Of a DNA stretch of 64,000 nt, positions 59,683-64,000 are shown in pieces (the first letter of the stretch is position 1; the number at the start of each line of letters is the position of its first letter). The notes beneath the pieces were generated by a model. It did not search any database. It saw only the letters and a list, made by a program, of their open reading frames with translations, and was not told the origin of the DNA. A program made the translations under genes and the position numbers. Source of the DNA: Bilabrum cf. latius (Eukaryota). Location: the NCBI GenBank assembly GCA_965178125.1, contig OZ237763.1:124001-188000 (forward strand), read 5' to 3'.

Positions 59683-62600
59683 GCCTTCACGGCTCTGCGA
59701 ACAATATTGATCAACCATGACAACTTGAAAACTTGCTGTAGGCTGTCTTATCTTGCTAAAATAGTGGACAGAATAATAGATGAAGGGGTTTGATGGCCTT
59801 ACATGCAGATATTTACTCGCGTCTGAAGCGCAAGACTACTACCTGCCGCACGCGCTCGCTTTTGGTATGGCTTGGAACGGCCTGAGACAAACTTTGGACA
59901 CAGTGTCGACGCGTTACACGCAAACCAACTGCAACTGTCGCATTGGTGGATGTCTTTCATGACGATGATCCGAAAATGGCGTATATGGCTCAATTTAATA
60001 CTTCAAGATGTGCATTTTTTCTAATATATTGCCTATTGGATATTTATTCATACCATGGCACCGTAAACCCGCAATCCTTCTGGAGCGACAAAAAATCGGT
60101 GAATTTGGTCGCAAGTCTCGCTCGCGAACATACGCCACCTGATGACAAAGTTGTGGTTCATTTAGCGTACAATTCGTTGACATCTTTGTGAGGCACAGAA
60201 ACTATCTGATCGATTGTGTATTTAATCAACATCCGTGGTATCGTGTTGCAATAGTTAGTATGCGCATCATTCAAGCGATTCCAAGTGCCCTTTCCACGTC
60301 GCGCGCAGGACGTTCCCACCTAGGATTTCCAAGGATCATGCAGGGCAACCTGCAAGTGTTTTTAGTTTTAACGATTGTCTCGTACGCGGTTGCATAGTCG
60401 CCTTCCCAGCAACTGACCTGGTAGGTGCGAGGCCTCCAGAACGCTCCTGGCGGTCGGTCGAACCATGTCTTCACATCAAATGCGACCCATGCGTTTGTCA
60501 TGGGAGGCATTGATGCTGACGGAGATGAACTTGATGGTGTCTTCAGCTTCAGTTCCGGTAAGTGGACATCATTTTCGCACAATTAGCGAGTTTCTGTGGA
60601 GGTAATCAAAGCGACGTCATCACTCGAATCAGATTGTACACACCGCAGAAGGCGCTTGGTCCAATGATTTATCGAATACAGTATTTGGAACTGCTGCAAA
60701 CCGCCCGAACAGCCTCGTGGGTACTGCCGTTGCGGAAGATCGACGAAACGTGTTTATTTTCGGCGGTGCTTCTGTGTCGGGTTCCTCAGCCTCAAACAAG
60801 GTCTTCAGGCTGCGAACCGACACACTGGAATGGACAGATCTAAGCATCGGCGCGGCCAGCACTGCAGACAGAGCGACTGCTCGCATCAATCCTCACATGG
60901 CTCACTTGCGCAAGTGCGACGGCGTTCTAGACCGAAACTGCCTGGTCGTGTTCGGCGGCAAGACGGCGGGTGGCGCCCTCCTCGGCGACACCTACGCGGT
61001 CACTGCGCTCAACACCGATGCCAGTCGGGCTTGGATCAAGCCTTCCGGTGCCCAGACCGACGCGCCAGCCCGCAGGGAGCTCGCATCCTTCGTTCCTGAC
61101 GCAGCTGGTTCCCGCGCCATCCTGTTCGGGGGCATGACCGACAGCGACCGCGTGCTGGGCGACATGTGGATGATCTCCTCGGAGGGGTTCCTGACAGAGG
61201 ACGGCCTTACCAACATCGCGAGGGGCAGGCCCACGGGCAGGCTGAACCAGCACACTGTGTACGCGGCAAGTAGGGCCGTGGACGGCAACACCAACGGTAA
61301 CATGGCCAGCGGCTCGTGCTACCATTCGGTAGGTGGATCCGGCTCCACCAACCCGCGCATGTGGGTCAACCTGCAGCGCACTGCAAAGGTGCAGCGAGCG
61401 CGCGTGTGGATGAGGACTGATTGCTGCACGGAGCGCAACCGCGGCATCAAGGTCGCCCTCTCGGACCAGGTGGGCGCCAGCAACTGGGACGATGACCTCC
61501 GGGAGTGCACCTCGCAGTACTCGGCGACTGATCAGCCGCGCGGCTCCCACATCGACTTCCAGTGCGACGGGCAGGTGGGTCAGTACGTGATCGTGTACAT
61601 TCCAGGCACCGGTAAGATGCTGCAGGTGTGCGAGCTGGAGGTGTTCGGGCCTGAGCCGTACACGTGGCTGCAGCTGGGCGGGGGCGTGGAGGAGGTTGCG
61701 AGAGGCATGCCCACAGAGCAGTCAACTACCGACTACGATGGTGTGCCCTCCCGCGCTGTGGACGGTCGCACCGACGGCCGTTACTCCTCGAACTCGTGCA
61801 CGCACACTGGATCTCAATCTGGTGACCGCTGGTGGCGCGTGGACCTGGGCCGCACCGTGGACGTGTCTATGATCCAGCTGTGGGACCGGACGGACTCGTG
61901 CTGCAACAACCGCCTGCGGAACTTCTTTGTGACGGTGGGCAACATCCGGGATGATTGGTCCGCCAACCCGTCGTGCCCCGATGTGCCCAACAACGTGGGA
62001 ACGTCCGCTGACATCGACTGCAACCTGCGGGGACGATTTGTCTTTGTAGCCATGAGGTCAGCGTCTATCACCTTGTGCGAAGTGAAGGTGTTCGCGAACA
62101 AGATGCTGGACAGCCCTTCGGCCAGGTACGCCCACACGGCCGTCACCACGCGCGGCAGCATGTTCCTGTTCGGCGGTGTGAACGACGCTGGCACCGCCCT
62201 GAGCGATGTGCACGTGTTCGACACCGTGGCTCTCGGCTTCAAGAGCACCCTCGAGCTGGTGGGCGATGCGCCTCAGGCACGCGTGGGGGCCCGTCTGCAG
62301 CAGCTGGCGGGTGGCAACCAGCTGGTGCTGTTCGGTGGTAGGGCAGGGGCGGCTTCTGGCTCGGATGTCATGGCCGACCTTCGCTTGATCGAGATGGATG
62401 AGTGCAGGAACGTGGACACCACGGGCGTGTCTTCTGTGAACGACTTCCGCGGGGCCAAGTACTACACGTGCGACTCGGCGCAAGAGTTCACGGAGCGCAA
62501 CCCGGTGCAGGGTGACCCTGTGGTGTGTTCCCCCGAGGGCCAGCTGCAGGGCCGCACCCCGGTGTGCCAGGCAGAGCCCCCTGAGGCGCCCAGGACCGTG

Positions 62601-64000
62601 ACGGCTGTGACGGGGCGGGAGCAGGCCACGGTGCGCTGGCAGTTCCCCGCCGGTGCAGACACGGGGTACTACTCTAGTCTGACTGGGTTCAAGGTGCGGT
62701 CCTTGCCGCAGGCCTTCGTGGAGACGTTCGACAACCCCTCTCTGGCCAACGGATGGACCTTTGTGACGAACGGGAGGTCTGATTCTGCCTTCCAGCAGGT
62801 GATCGAGCCGGACGGGAATGGCGTGCTGGTGATGCGGGGTGGCAACCAGATCAACTGCTGGACCTCTGCCCAACGCGACTGTCCCATTCTGTACCGGGAG
62901 CACTTCCCGCTTGGGCTGACCGACGAGGAGGGCACGAACGGGTGGATGGAAGAGAACGACTGGGCCATCGAGGTGTGGGTCAACATGGAGGCTGGGTACA
63001 TCGGCGATGCTCGTATTGGTGGCATCATGTTCTACGAGCTCAACGATGACATGCACAAGCTTTACTACGGGGTTAGGCGCATCGATGGAGGATTCCAAAT
63101 CAATCTGGAGAAGGACGGCGAAGGGTATAGGTCTCACTGGAACAGCTAGTATGGTGCCTGGCTGCGTGCCGAGCGGACGGGCTCTAGTCGTGTGATCGAC
63201 TTCACCTACAAGACGTGCTCCCAGGGCGAGACCCGCAGGGAGTGCTACGAGAACCGCGGCTGGAGGCAGTTCTGGACCCAGTTCCCAGAGGGCTGGCTCA
63301 GGAACGGGGCCATGCAGAACGTGCGCGTGGGTCTCTTCATCAAGTCGTGGACAAACGGCGAGACCCGCTTCCGCTTCGACGACTTCACTCTCAAGATCAG
63401 GGACTGCACCACGCCGGGTCCCACTCGATTCATCTCTGCAGCCGACGCCACGACGTCCACAGCTGGCAATTACGAGGCGCTGATCCCCGGGCTGTCCCCG
63501 GACACTTCCTACCGGTTCGATGTGGCGGCAGGATCCTAGGCGGGCTTCGGCCCCGAAGCGGACCCCTCGAGGGCTGTGCGGGTGACCGCCCAGGCTGTGA
63601 ACGACGTCCAGGTCGGCAGGCTCAAGCCGGTGGCCAGCAACGGACAGGCGCACGGTGGGTGGCCACCTCGCGCAACCGACACGAACTACAACCTGTACCA
63701 CGACGGCTGGCGCTGCACGCATTCTGACTGGCGCTGGGGCCCGTGGATCCGCATCGATCTGCAGAAGCAGGAGTTTGTTACCCGTGTGGACGTGGCTGGA
63801 CGGCTTGATGGTAGCAGGGACCGCCTGAACGGATTCCGGGTGTACATCGGCGACAGCGCAGGCAGCCCCACCCAGAACACCCAGTGCGAGGTGGACTATC
63901 CCTGGAACGCGCCTCAAATAATGACCTACGTGCCTGTCAACTGCAACCTGCCTGGCCGGTATGTGTTTATTACTAGACAGGACTGGACCTACCTTACTAT
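56041..64000. repeat. Large inverted duplication: about 56041-59140 (minus) versus about 60900-64000 (plus)
   Basis: The reverse complement of the left arm matches the right arm over about 3.1 kb with scattered substitutions, and the match continues to the window end. Confidence 0.93.
60338..64000 (+). CDS. Second, divergently transcribed paralogue of the giant receptor (5' part, runs off window); exons 60338-60557 and 60649->64000; TAG at 60395, 60422, 63147, 63537
   Basis: MQGNLQVFLVLTIVSYAVA*SPSQQLTW*VRGLQNAP aligns with AELTWKERGLQNAP of copy 1. Same phase-1 first intron. Near-identical to copy 1 from about 60930 onward. Confidence 0.85.

Noticed and set aside
420-63539. Reading the TAG-interrupted genes as pseudogenes or random sequencing errors
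   Set aside because: The interruptions are all TAG, never TAA or TGA. They hit conserved housekeeping genes, come without frameshifts (except in the LRR gene), and two are conserved between paralogues.
56041-64000. Inverted repeat as transposon or virophage terminal repeats, or a fold-back assembly artefact
   Set aside because: The arms are coding paralogues with many substitutions and independently diverged 5' exons and introns. No transposase, integrase or capsid gene is visible.

Overview
GC-rich, gene-dense eukaryotic nuclear DNA with short GT-AG spliceosomal introns. It comes from an aerobic flagellated protist (complex I and III subunits, axonemal dynein p28). The protein repertoire looks stramenopile/bicosoecid-like, but that is only an impression. 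About 21 genes can be reconstructed. The main signal is a non-standard nuclear genetic code: about 60 in-frame TAG codons (hand count) interrupt 16 genes, including conserved housekeeping domains (GCDH, ZPR1, DNALI1, a protein kinase). The frame always continues after the TAG. At the two best-conserved sites TAG replaces Gln. Reconstructed genes end in TGA, with one probable TAA, and I found no internal TAA. This points to UAG=Gln with UAA/UGA still stops. Other highlights: (1) a poly(A)-binding protein with an N-terminal 76-aa ubiquitin-like domain ending in Gly-Gly; (2) a head-to-head inverted pair of giant lectin/Kelch/cadherin/IPT multi-pass receptor genes (one complete, about 4650 aa) whose differences cluster in putative ligand-binding loops; (3) a kinase split by an insertion of about 415 aa; (4) a lower-GC accessory region at 11-16 kb with ankyrin and LRR genes sharing a duplicated C-terminal module. 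All gene models were built by eye; no database searches were run.
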